From a virus, in IMG/VR virus record IMGVR_UViG_3300046542_000168, positions 43,408 through 107,407 of that record: DNA of 64,000 nucleotides. One strand, given 5' to 3'. The notes beneath the pieces are model-generated. The model was given only the letters and a program-made list of their open reading frames with translations. It was not told where the DNA came from and made no database searches. This document shows positions 33,977 to 43,234 of the stretch, one piece after another (the first letter of the stretch is position 1; each line of letters starts with the position of its first letter). Position numbers and translations under genes: made by a program.

Positions 33977-36661
33977 ATGAGTGCAATGGGTCTTGTGACC
34001 ACACTTCCGGGTGTAGACAACACTGCTAACTTGAACCTAGACTTCATTAACCAGAAGTATTCGGTTAACGGGGTTAGCAAAAACTTTAACGAAGTTATTA
34101 CGTTCTCCCGTAATAGCACTGCAACTTACTTCGGCAGCGACGGCCTACTTAAAACTGCTGGAGTTAACACGCCAAGGTTTGAGTTCGATCCTGTCACTAA
34201 AGCTAATAATGGCTTTCTGGCCGAAGAGGCACGGACTAACTTCCTGACATACAGCGAACAGTTTGATAACGCTGCATGGGCCAAGGCAGGCAGCATCCTA
34301 GTGACACCCAACGCAACAGTTGCTCCAGACGGAACTGTATCTGCTGACAAGATAATCACACTAACAGGCGTGGCCACAGCATCATCCAGCGTGGTTCAAA
34401 CAGTTGCTAAAGCTGCAACACCTAATACCTATACCGCCAGTGTTTACGCAAAAGCTGGTGAGATGGATATTATTAGATTGTTCATGTATGGAGCAAACAC
34501 AACTACAGCCCGGTGCTTGGCCAACTACAACCTATCTACGGGTGTAACCAGCGCCTTGAACCAAGGAAGTGATGGCTTTAATAACGCCACTGTATCAATG
34601 ACTGCCGTTGGTGGTGGTTGGTACAGATGCACGATGACCGCCACTACTGACAGCGCTACTACTGTGGGTGTCCGATTCTATTCCATGCACACCACGATTG
34701 TGACTGGGGATAGCGTATCGGGTATGTATGTATGGGGTGCCCAACTAGAGGCTGGCCTATTTGCAACATCGTATATCCCATCTCAAGTAGGGTTTACGGG
34801 ACGGACTAGTACTGCTACTTACTTAGATAGCACTGGGGTATTGAGAACGGCTGCTGCCGGTGTTGCCCGCAATGGTTACAGCTTGAATGGTAGTACATGG
34901 ACTCCACAAGGACTGGTACTAGAAGCTGCTGCAACTAATATCACAACATACTCCGCCCTGAATCATGCTTCGTGGACAAGAGGGACAGGCGCTACATGGA
35001 CCGACGGGCAGGTATTTGTTGATGGCACTAATACAGCAATACTAGCTACAGGGCTTACAGGGAGTACCATCACAGGTACAGGTACAGCCATGTATCGTAC
35101 ACTTATTCCTGTGACTGCTGCTTCGACCTACACATTCAGTGTGTTTGCTAAGTTGAAGACTGCGAGCACTACAGGGATTAGACTGCGAGTACAGTCGAAC
35201 CCATCTGCCACTAACTTCAACGTTGATGTCCCGCTGATAACAACTGATTGGACCCGAGCCTCTATCACCGTGACGATTCCGGCTGGAGACACGAGTGTTG
35301 TACTCCTGATGGGTACTGCTACATCACCTATCGATGTCTACCTTGGCGGTGTTCAACTGGAGCTAGGAACATACCCAACATCCTATATTCCGACACCAGC
35401 AACTTTTACATCCCGCTCTAGTGTTGCCACCTACCAAGACTCCGCTGGAGTATTGCAGACAGCAGCAACTAACGTGGCTCGCAGTGATGCTTACAGCTAC
35501 GACTCGGCAGGCACTCTGCGTCCAATCGGACTGCTGCTGGAGACTGCTGCTGCAACCAATCTTCAAATATACAGCGAGCAGTTCGATAACGCTGCATACT
35601 CGAAGAGCGCTGCTACGATTGTTGCAAACTCTACAGCCGCCCCAAACTCGGCAACGACTGCTGATAAAATGGTTGAAACCGTGGCGACAGGTGTTCATTA
35701 CCTTGACTATGTATATAACGGTACATTTGCAACAGGGGATACATATACATACTCGGTATTTGTGAAGCCTGCTGGTCGTACTTTTGTTCGGCTTAACTTC
35801 TACTATGCAATCGGCTCGTCTGGCGGTGGTAACGCACTCTTTGATCTTACGAACAAGGCCATTACGTTTTCTGGTGGTGTTACAACTACACAGGGTATGG
35901 TCACTATGGCTAATGGCTGGGTTCGTTGCTGGATTTCTGGCGTGGTTGACACCCCGGCTGAAACGCGCCTTCTAACAAGGGTTCTGATTAGTGATGGTAC
36001 TTCTGGCAGTTCATATACTGGAGATGGTACATCTGGTCTTTATCTGTGGGGTAGTCAACTTGAGACTGGTAGGAACTTCACTAGTTACATCCCAACAGTA
36101 GCAACAAGTGTAACTCGCTCGGCGGATGTTGCTACCAGCGTAGCTGCCACAAGAGCTGCTGATGTATCCACTAGTTCTACTGCAACCCGTGCGAAAGACG
36201 CTGTATCTATCGAGACACTAACTCCTTGGTACAACCCATCGGCTGGGACTATCTCACTAAACTATACACCCCTTGGACCTAGAACTGGATCGGGCTTCAC
36301 TGCTTCGTTTTCGAGCGGCACTAACGACTACCTAGGGTTCTGTTATCAGAATACTAGTGCTACCGGCGCTGTTGGTAACACTTATTGGAGGAATGGAGGT
36401 AGCGGTATTATTTCCACTTTCATCAACGGGAACTTCGGTGCTCGACATAAAGTGGTCAACGCTTGGTCAGGAACTACGCTATCAACTTCTGCTGATGGGG
36501 CAACAACTGTTACAGGCACATCTGTTACAGCAATCCCTACCGCAACGAAGTTCGAACTTGGCGACAGATTGGGTGCCTACCCAACTTCGAACTACTTCAG
36601 TAGCGTTCAATTCTATGCTCGTAGATTGACGGACAGCATGATTCAAATACTGAGTTCTTAA
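33977..36661 (+). CDS. large virion appendage protein with three CBM-like modules
   Basis: 894 aa T/S/G-rich; repeated N.L.YSEQFDNAA and WG.QLE.G..TSYIP. Confidence 0.75.
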   Translation: MSAMGLVTTLPGVDNTANLNLDFINQKYSVNGVSKNFNEVITFSRNSTATYFGSDGLLKTAGVNTPRFEFDPVTKANNGFLAEEARTNFLTYSEQFDNAAWAKAGSILVTPNATVAPDGTVSADKIITLTGVATASSSVVQTVAKAATPNTYTASVYAKAGEMDIIRLFMYGANTTTARCLANYNLSTGVTSALNQGSDGFNNATVSMTAVGGGWYRCTMTATTDSATTVGVRFYSMHTTIVTGDSVSGMYVWGAQLEAGLFATSYIPSQVGFTGRTSTATYLDSTGVLRTAAAGVARNGYSLNGSTWTPQGLVLEAAATNITTYSALNHASWTRGTGATWTDGQVFVDGTNTAILATGLTGSTITGTGTAMYRTLIPVTAASTYTFSVFAKLKTASTTGIRLRVQSNPSATNFNVDVPLITTDWTRASITVTIPAGDTSVVLLMGTATSPIDVYLGGVQLELGTYPTSYIPTPATFTSRSSVATYQDSAGVLQTAATNVARSDAYSYDSAGTLRPIGLLLETAAATNLQIYSEQFDNAAYSKSAATIVANSTAAPNSATTADKMVETVATGVHYLDYVYNGTFATGDTYTYSVFVKPAGRTFVRLNFYYAIGSSGGGNALFDLTNKAITFSGGVTTTQGMVTMANGWVRCWISGVVDTPAETRLLTRVLISDGTSGSSYTGDGTSGLYLWGSQLETGRNFTSYIPTVATSVTRSADVATSVAATRAADVSTSSTATRAKDAVSIETLTPWYNPSAGTISLNYTPLGPRTGSGFTASFSSGTNDYLGFCYQNTSATGAVGNTYWRNGGSGIISTFINGNFGARHKVVNAWSGTTLSTSADGATTVTGTSVTAIPTATKFELGDRLGAYPTSNYFSSVQFYARRLTDSMIQILSS

Positions 36662-36699
36662 CAAACCGGGGCTTCGGCCCCATTCTATTGGAAAATAAA

Positions 36700-37122
36700 A
36701 TGACTAATGAAAAAGACTTAGACGTACTCGCCCGAACACTATGGGGGGAGGCACGCGGGGAAGGATTCAACGGCATGGTCGCTGTAGGCTGGACGATCCG
36801 CAATCGGGTATTCGACGGTAAGTCGAACTCGTGGTGGGGAGAAGGCTATGCGGGGGTTTGCCAGAAAGCCTGGCAATTCTCTTGCTGGAACAAGAGTGAC
36901 CCTAACTCTGCGTACTTGCGTGGAGAGAAGGCTATCCCGTTTGCTCAATTCGATATGGCTAAAGAAGCTGCAAAGGCTGTGTTGGAAACACTCATCCCAG
37001 ATCCTACTGGTGGAGCGACACACTACTACAGCACATCAATGAAGAAAGCGCCTGCCTGGGCTGCTGTAGGCACTCAGACGGTACAACTCGGAAGACACTT
37101 GTTCTACAAGGATGTCAAATAA
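36700..37122 (+). CDS. endolysin, SleB/Hydrolase_2 family
   Basis: LARTLWGEARGE, QFSCWN, DPTGGATHYY, GRHLFY. Confidence 0.9.
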   Translation: MTNEKDLDVLARTLWGEARGEGFNGMVAVGWTIRNRVFDGKSNSWWGEGYAGVCQKAWQFSCWNKSDPNSAYLRGEKAIPFAQFDMAKEAAKAVLETLIPDPTGGATHYYSTSMKKAPAWAAVGTQTVQLGRHLFYKDVK

Positions 37123-37131
37123 GGAGGCCGC

Positions 37132-37389
37132 ATGGCCATTCTATCCCCTGATAGTAAAAGACTACACAAGAGCAGCACAGTCGTCCTTAGTGTCCTGCTC
37201 TTCGTGATTACATTGCTGGAAATCCTCCAGCCCCAGGTAGAGATACTGGCGCCTCTTGTGCTGCCTCCAGGGACTTACCCTTATGTCTCTGCTGGACTGA
37301 GTATTGCAATCGGAGTAGGCCGCTATGTAAGCCAAGAGTGCCTACGCATTAAAAAGGAAGAGGACGCTTCAGATGACGGCGCTGTTTAA
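37132..37389 (+). CDS. putative holin
   Basis: 85 aa, two TM segments, charged C-terminus, next to endolysin. Confidence 0.65.
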   Translation: MAILSPDSKRLHKSSTVVLSVLLFVITLLEILQPQVEILAPLVLPPGTYPYVSAGLSIAIGVGRYVSQECLRIKKEEDASDDGAV

Positions 37390-37888
37390 TTTGTTTAGTT
37401 CCCTGCCGCTTACAACGGTATGGGGCAAAGTTAAAGTCGGCCTATTGGCCGGTGCTGTTGCCTTCATGGTATGGCAAGGATGGCAAATGACCGTCCTCCA
37501 GAAGGATGTAACTAAACTAGAGACGGTACAGAGTAGCCTCCAGGCCCAGGTTCAACAGATGTCTGTTGACTATTCAGTCCTCCGAGATAACTACAAGAAT
37601 AACGCTAAGACTAGCGAACAGTATGTGCTGTCCCTTAACCAGCTAAATGGTAAGTCAACAGAGCTGGAGAAAACCTTTACAGCCCTGGACAAGAAGGGCG
37701 TTGAGACGCAGCCAACGCAAACAGGTACTACCCCGAGGGTCTACCATGAAACAAGCTCTACACAAGCTCACACGAGCCCTGTCCGGGGTAATGGTGGTGG
37801 GGTTAGTAGCTCTGATGCTGAGTGGCGCCAGTTGCTCGACTCTACCTTCTGCTCCACCTTCCCCACCGACAACAAATGTTCTAAGTGA
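37373..37888 (+). CDS. i-spanin (Rz-like)
   Basis: N-terminal TM, coiled coil, C-terminal Cys residues. Confidence 0.7.
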   Translation: MTALFNLFSSLPLTTVWGKVKVGLLAGAVAFMVWQGWQMTVLQKDVTKLETVQSSLQAQVQQMSVDYSVLRDNYKNNAKTSEQYVLSLNQLNGKSTELEKTFTALDKKGVETQPTQTGTTPRVYHETSSTQAHTSPVRGNGGGVSSSDAEWRQLLDSTFCSTFPTDNKCSK

Positions 37889-38075
37889 CATTCAAGTCCC
37901 ACACTATCTTCTAGTGCCTTGCCAATATGAAATGGTCAACTGGGACGAAGAACGCGGCCTAGAGAAAGCATACACAAGAAACTTGCTTATCGGCAAAGGA
38001 TGTAACGATAAGATCGAGGCGTTTAGAGACTGGGTAGACGGTACGTTCCCTGTCGCGAAAGAAAAGAGTAAATAA
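37746..38075 (+). CDS. o-spanin (Rz1-like lipoprotein), overlapping
   Basis: signal peptide ending LSGASC, Pro-rich linker, LLVPC and CND motifs; overlaps i-spanin in +1 frame. Confidence 0.7.
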   Translation: MKQALHKLTRALSGVMVVGLVALMLSGASCSTLPSAPPSPPTTNVLSDIQVPHYLLVPCQYEMVNWDEERGLEKAYTRNLLIGKGCNDKIEAFRDWVDGTFPVAKEKSK

Positions 38076-38076
38076 G

Positions 38077-38370
38077 ATGGCCGAAAATGGAGAGATGAGT
38101 ACAGTAGGTAAAGCCCTGCTGGACTTCAGTAGTAAGTGGATGCTCCCTTTTGTCCTGGCCTTTGTATCCTGGCAATACACCGAGATATCGAAGCTAGAAG
38201 ATCGGGTGGGTGCCCTTCAACGTGAAGCAGTTACGCATTCGGAACTGCAACTTACAGAAAGCAGGATGGTCGGCCTGCTGGACCTTAGAATTAAAAACCT
38301 CGCAGATCAACAGAAGGTTACTAACGAGTATCTTCGTATTCTGATCGACCAAAAAGCAAGCCGCCCGTAA
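38077..38370 (+). CDS. membrane-anchored coiled-coil protein (holin/antiholin candidate)
   Basis: single TM plus coiled coil at the end of the lysis cassette. Confidence 0.5.
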   Translation: MAENGEMSTVGKALLDFSSKWMLPFVLAFVSWQYTEISKLEDRVGALQREAVTHSELQLTESRMVGLLDLRIKNLADQQKVTNEYLRILIDQKASRP

Positions 38371-38382
38371 GGGCGGCTTTTT
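38358..38382. terminator. terminator between convergent operons
   Basis: AAGCCGCCC-gtaa-GGGCGGCTT followed by T-tract. Confidence 0.8.
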
Positions 38383-38399
38383 ATTTGTCTGGAGAAAAG

Positions 38400-38624
38400 T
38401 TACATCCACGTCTCAACAAGTTGTGGCACGTCTGATTCGTCCCGTAGGAAGCATATCAACCCTGGAGGTACATCCTTACGAATATCTTCTAACGTCTTAG
38501 CAAACTTCGTGACTGGTGTGATGATTAGCCTGCCGTTCACAACGAGCCACAGCCTCATTACATAGTGCTCAGGGTAGTCTTGAGGCCGCTCATAGATCAC
38601 CCAGTTCTTCATATGCTCGCTCAT
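38400..38624 (-). CDS. hypothetical protein
   Basis: 74 aa, ATGA-coupled to the upstream gene. Confidence 0.7.
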   Translation of the reverse strand: MSEHMKNWVIYERPQDYPEHYVMRLWLVVNGRLIITPVTKFAKTLEDIRKDVPPGLICFLRDESDVPQLVETWM

Positions 38625-38872
38625 GATGGTTGCCTGAGTTGCTTATCTTCAGCTTCTCGCAATGCCCGCTTCAACTTCGCCCTAGTGTTCATGTACGCCC
38701 GGTGATCGCTTGGCGTCATCGATGACGAAACTAGTGGAGTATTAGGGCGACGAAACCTTATGTGGGAACCCCTGGTCCGCTCGCATTCAAATCCTAATTC
38801 CTTTGCCCATTCAACTAAGTCGCGCAATTCAGTACCAGCACGAACTACCTTACCAGTGTTACCCTTGTGCAT
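38621..38872 (-). CDS. HicA-like dsRBD-fold protein
   Basis: A.ELGF...RTRGSHIRF.RP...V....TPSD. Confidence 0.65.
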   Translation of the reverse strand: MHKGNTGKVVRAGTELRDLVEWAKELGFECERTRGSHIRFRRPNTPLVSSSMTPSDHRAYMNTRAKLKRALREAEDKQLRQPS

Positions 38873-39170
38873 TGGAGTCCTCCCGGTTGTAAGCCAGCAT
38901 TTCCTGATATTGGGCGTTCATATTGCTATACAAGCGAACATGCCGATATAACTTGTACATCATGTAGACAACAAATACTGCGTATGCACCGAACAGTCCG
39001 CTGGATGGCCACTGCTCGTCTAAGTAATTGGTGACTGCTAGATAAGCGAACACTACTAGCCCCACCACCATTGCGTACATCAGCCGCTTACCCCGGCGAG
39101 TCCACTGCAACGGAATACGCTTCTCGATATATGCCCCTGTCAAGGGACTTACGATCTTCATGCGGCTCAT
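38859..39170 (-). CDS. membrane protein (2 TM)
   Basis: hydrophobic segments, coupled overlap. Confidence 0.7.
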   Translation of the reverse strand: MSRMKIVSPLTGAYIEKRIPLQWTRRGKRLMYAMVVGLVVFAYLAVTNYLDEQWPSSGLFGAYAVFVVYMMYKLYRHVRLYSNMNAQYQEMLAYNREDSNAQG

Positions 39171-39598
39171 TTTCGCTCCAGTTTGATATCTTCGTCCTGG
39201 CCTTCAGGGAAGTGCTCAGCAAAGAAGGCAGCTAGCTTCGTGTCAAGCTCAACCGCTTCCTTGAACGTTTTCCGCTGCCTGTAGACAAGCCAGACGTTCA
39301 AGACCGCCAATGCTAGCCAGTATAGCATAGTTAAGTGCTTGCCCTGACCATAGTATTCATATGTAAGAACTGCGCCTACTACCACTATAGCCGTATTAGC
39401 ACAACTTGCTAACTGGATTGCTTTGTACTTACCACCATGAATACGCACTGCACGAATGAGGTCGAAGACAGCGAAACCCGCCATGAATCCCCATATAACG
39501 GCAAAGGGGGTTTCGCCTGTGCAAACGAAGTAGCCCAGGAACAGAACCGATATGCATAACCACGCTGACAAGAATACAACTGATCTAATTACTTTCAT
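39167..39598 (-). CDS. membrane protein (4 TM)
   Basis: hydrophobic segments, ATGA overlap. Confidence 0.72.
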   Translation of the reverse strand: MKVIRSVVFLSAWLCISVLFLGYFVCTGETPFAVIWGFMAGFAVFDLIRAVRIHGGKYKAIQLASCANTAIVVVGAVLTYEYYGQGKHLTMLYWLALAVLNVWLVYRQRKTFKEAVELDTKLAAFFAEHFPEGQDEDIKLERK

Positions 39599-39945
39599 TT
39601 CTGTTCTGCCTTAAGGAGCAATCTAGTCTTGTTCGCATACTTGGTAGCAACTAGCCAGACCACACAGACCACAGTTTGCCCCATAGCATTTATCCACTGC
39701 TCATCGAAAACGTATTCGATAGCACTGGCACAATGTACGCCTGAAATCAGGAAGAACGTCGGGACAACCCGCCACGGCTGCAAACCAATCTTTATTAACA
39801 TCACGGCAAGGTGGAAGAAAAGGAAGCTCGATGCTCCATTAAAAGCAACCTGGGAGTAGTTGTCAGTAGCAACAGATACTATCGTAGTTAATCCATTGCC
39901 AACGGCGACCAACAGTAATGCCAGGGTAATGATTGTCTTGCTCAT
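39595..39945 (-). CDS. membrane protein (4 TM)
   Basis: hydrophobic segments, ATGA overlap (start MSK). Confidence 0.7.
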   Translation of the reverse strand: MSKTIITLALLLVAVGNGLTTIVSVATDNYSQVAFNGASSFLFFHLAVMLIKIGLQPWRVVPTFFLISGVHCASAIEYVFDEQWINAMGQTVVCVVWLVATKYANKTRLLLKAEQK

Positions 39946-40259
39946 CTCTTGTTCACCCACAGAGCGACACCCAGGGATGCTATAAACGCCCCGCCATTAG
40001 TTGCAGCGAATAAATACTGTCCGTCAAGTGCGAAGTCTACGACGTTCATAAAATAAACAGCAGCGAGGGCTAGAAACAGCTTTACAATTGATTTCAATGA
40101 TGCCTCATTTTTCTTGAGCTTCTGAGCGACTAGAATCCACAGTACCACAAGGGCTGCTGCGTATGATGCACGGGAGTAGTCCCCTCCCCCGACGAAGATG
40201 CCGGAAGTGAGAGCCGCCCAGGCACCCAGGGCGTAGCAGCTAATGACAACGCCGTTCAT
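39942..40259 (-). CDS. membrane protein (4 TM)
   Basis: start MNGVV by ATGA overlap. Confidence 0.68.
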   Translation of the reverse strand: MNGVVISCYALGAWAALTSGIFVGGGDYSRASYAAALVVLWILVAQKLKKNEASLKSIVKLFLALAAVYFMNVVDFALDGQYLFAATNGGAFIASLGVALWVNKR

Positions 40260-40414
40260 TCTGGCTTCACAGGCTTCACGCTCGTCTTGTAGCAAGCCGT
40301 GTTGTATAGAGCCAGCAGGGCCCAGAACGCGCACCACATCTCCCTACCTACCCCCAGGGTCCACAGAGACATACCCGCACAGAACACAGCCGCCCCTACG
40401 CAATACCACCTCAC
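40256..40414 (-). CDS. small membrane protein (52 aa, MRWYCVGAAV...)
   Basis: GTGA/ATGA coupling on both sides, 2 TM; not in ORF track. Confidence 0.6.
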   Translation of the reverse strand: MRWYCVGAAVFCAGMSLWTLGVGREMWCAFWALLALYNTACYKTSVKPVKPE

Positions 40415-40584
40415 CCTCTCACCTGCTTAGAAGTGGTATACGCAAGCACGAACTCCAGGGCAGCAACAACAGCCATGAGAAGACCCACCCAGTAATTACC
40501 CCTTGAACAGTGGATAGCAGCAGTGATACCGAGGGCCACACCGACCCCGAAGAAAACCTTACCTGATGCACTTAACTGTCCCAC
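40411..40584 (-). CDS. small membrane protein (57 aa, MGQLSASGKV...)
   Basis: GTG start with AGGAAGG RBS, 2 TM; not in ORF track. Confidence 0.6.
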   Translation of the reverse strand: MGQLSASGKVFFGVGVALGITAAIHCSRGNYWVGLLMAVVAALEFVLAYTTSKQVRG

Positions 40585-40750
40585 TTGCTGCCTTCCTGAT
40601 CCATTTTTTAGTGTCAGAGATTCTACCTTACCCGGCCACTGGTCACCAGCAAGATCAGCCTTCAGGCGATGAACCGTGAGCCTCCAAGGCGCCAGGGCTG
40701 GACCTCCACTACAGGGGGGTAAAGTGTCGAAGAAAATTTCTCACGCACTA

Positions 40751-40778
40751 TTGACATAGGATTTCAGATCGATAGAAT
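40751..40778 (+). promoter_or_regulatory. strong sigma70 promoter
   Basis: TTGACA-N16-TAGAAT. Confidence 0.75.
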
Positions 40779-41250
40779 GCGGCCCATCGAGAGGAAAACA
40801 CCACGCTCGATACACAGATTCGCTACACAAGATCCCCGCCAGGGAGCTACCACCAAGAGCAACCGGCCCTGGGATCACACAATACGATTTTCTAGCCTGA
40901 TGGAGGTACTAACCATCAGGCTTTGTTGCGTCCAGAGTTTTTCAACCCAGTTTTAACCCGATAGCCGAGGTCCGCTTGCAGTGGGAACTTGAGTGGATAA
41001 GTACGCACATGCATTTGTATACCTCTCCTGAGCATGCAGAGGCTGTTAAACGGAACATCGAAAAGCGGTATCTGATTCTCTGCCTGCAAGCACGCATAAA
41101 GGAACTAGATCCTGGCCAAGAAGAAGAAGGGCAAGAAAAAGAAGTCCCTGCCCCGTAATTTCGTTGCAAAGAATTTGCCACTACAACATAAATCCGTCCC
41201 GTTTCGGGACAAGACAAAATATTCACGGAAAGACAGTAAGGAAGTAAGTC

Positions 41251-41826
41251 ATGATTTTGCCACAGCCGATTAACGAGTTTGCCCAGAAGTACTTTGCCGC
41301 TGAGTCCCGTGCCTCTTATAGCCACGATGGCCGTCGTCTCTCATTCCGTACAGTGGACAAGAAAGCCCTGGCCCGCGAATGTAAGGTTCTGTTGGAATCT
41401 GGTGCTGTAGAACATCTTCATCAGCTATCCACCGATTTGACCAGCTACAACCCAACAAACCCGCCTGAAACTCACACTTATCGGCTGAATGCTTTCGCTG
41501 AAGTAGTGGGCATCAAGTACCCACGCTACAAGCGTCCGTCTGCGTCTAAAGCAGAACCGAAAGCTTCCTCCCTGGCAACCCCTGCCCAGGTTGTACATCG
41601 TGCCCCCGCTCACGGCTTTGATATCCGCGAAGAACTGGGTGCCAGCTTCTCGAAGGCCCTGGTTAACGGCATGACCCTGAGCACTATCCAGGCTCACGCA
41701 AAAGAAGTATTGGTTGACTGCCACTACAAAGTGCAAGTGGGTAAGGCAACTACCGGCCTACAAGAGTTGATGCGCAACACTGGCATGACTGCATCGCAGA
41801 TTGCACAGATCGCACATCGCCTGTAA
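41251..41826 (+). CDS. hypothetical protein
   Basis: 191 aa, GTAAGG leader. Confidence 0.72.
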   Translation: MILPQPINEFAQKYFAAESRASYSHDGRRLSFRTVDKKALARECKVLLESGAVEHLHQLSTDLTSYNPTNPPETHTYRLNAFAEVVGIKYPRYKRPSASKAEPKASSLATPAQVVHRAPAHGFDIREELGASFSKALVNGMTLSTIQAHAKEVLVDCHYKVQVGKATTGLQELMRNTGMTASQIAQIAHRL

Positions 41827-41898
41827 TTCCAGGGCATCTCTTGAACCTATTTAACTTGAAGTCCGGGGGTATTCCCCTGGGCGAGATGTGGATAATTA

Positions 41899-42320
41899 TG
41901 ACTACTACTTCGCGTGACAAGATCGAGCAGCACCTCATTCAACAGAAAGCCCGTGCTGTACAGCCTGGGGAACTGATTGACGATCAAACAGCCGACCGTT
42001 GCCAGTATCGGACAGCCTCTGGCCTGATGTGTGCTGCTGGCTGCCTGATTCCTGATGAAAAGTACATCCCAGAAATGGAAGGTCTTACTGCTCACGGAGT
42101 GAAGAATAACTTCGGTGATATCTTCCCCCAGGATATCAGTGACCGGGAACTGAATCACTGGCAAGACTACCACGATAACTACTCGCTTATTGGTCACTCT
42201 TACTACTCCTACAAGAACTGGATTAATGGTGACGAAACTAATCACCCTAGCGAGTTCAAGAAGATCCTGGCCGAGACTCTTAAGCCAGTTGAACCATCTA
42301 TCGTGGTCTGCGAACCGTGA
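41899..42320 (+). CDS. hypothetical phage protein
   Basis: HL.QQ...CQYR..SGL.CAAGCLIPDE motif; start approximate. Confidence 0.7.
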
Positions 42321-42742
42321 GCTTCGTTAGCCAGCAAGGCCGGGTAGCCCTGGAGAAGGTGGCAGACTGGCTGGAGGCCGGGGCCCCACATACGACCCTG
42401 GACAATGGCCTGGCACTCGATGCGTTCGATATGTCTGTCGCGCTTGAGGTTGACCCTGACTGTGGTACGAGTTGTTGCATTGCAGGGGCTGTGTGCCAGT
42501 TTGAGGGGCTTGGGCTCAATAGCCGTGCAACAGACGGCAGTATGGGCTGGGTGCTCCCAGGCGGCGCCCTGGACCTCGCAGGGGCCTACCTGGGCATGGA
42601 GATGATGGATCAGATCAAGCTGTTCGAGCCCTGGCATCACTTCGAAGGCGGCGCCAGTTCGTTCAATAACCCGGCACGCGGTGCAGCGGTGATTCGCCAC
42701 TTCCTGGCAACAGGCAAGGTGGACTGGGACAACTTCGAATAG
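42317..42742 (+). CDS. hypothetical phage protein
   Basis: FDM...CGTSCCIAGA motif; GTGA coupling. Confidence 0.72.
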   Translation: MSFVSQQGRVALEKVADWLEAGAPHTTLDNGLALDAFDMSVALEVDPDCGTSCCIAGAVCQFEGLGLNSRATDGSMGWVLPGGALDLAGAYLGMEMMDQIKLFEPWHHFEGGASSFNNPARGAAVIRHFLATGKVDWDNFE

Positions 42743-42753
42743 AGGCAGAGTAA

Positions 42754-42906
42754 GTGACGTGGATTTATATCATCCCGATCTTCTTCCTCACTGATGCACT
42801 GTTATACATGAAGTACTGGCAGCAGTTTGCTAAGCGTTACTACTTCGTGGACTATGGCATCGGCATGGGTTGGATGATTGCTTACAAGTTAAGGAACAAG
42901 AAATAG
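42754..42906 (+). CDS. small membrane protein (50 aa)
   Basis: GTG start with GAGG RBS, hydrophobic; not in ORF track. Confidence 0.5.
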   Translation: MTWIYIIPIFFLTDALLYMKYWQQFAKRYYFVDYGIGMGWMIAYKLRNKK

Positions 42907-43025
42907 TGGCGACAGTATTAACTGTAGTTGGTGGTGTGGTAGTTACCTACTTAATTATAAGCGGGCTTTATTACCACTTCAGTAAGAAAGTAGGGGTGAA
43001 AGATGACAGTTCGATATCGGGTTGA
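42906..43025 (+). CDS. small membrane protein (39 aa)
   Basis: TAGTG coupling, single TM. Confidence 0.45.
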   Translation: MATVLTVVGGVVVTYLIISGLYYHFSKKVGVKDDSSISG

Positions 43026-43197
43026 TTTTATCGAGTCGGAGCGAGGCTGGGGGCAGAAGATCGATGATACTCGGTACTTCGATACTGCTGAAGAAGCCCG
43101 CCAGTTCGTCAAGGAATACAACGACAAGCACAACCCACCTGGGCCTGTGCCTGACTGGTACTACATGGCGAGCTATCGCGGCGCTGTACCAGCGTAA
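43003..43197 (+). CDS. hypothetical phage protein
   Basis: 64 aa, ESERGWGQKID...PDWY. Confidence 0.7.
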   Translation: MTVRYRVDFIESERGWGQKIDDTRYFDTAEEARQFVKEYNDKHNPPGPVPDWYYMASYRGAVPA

Positions 43198-43234
43198 TCT
43201 CACAAACACAGTAAGTAAGTAAGACAGGAAGACA

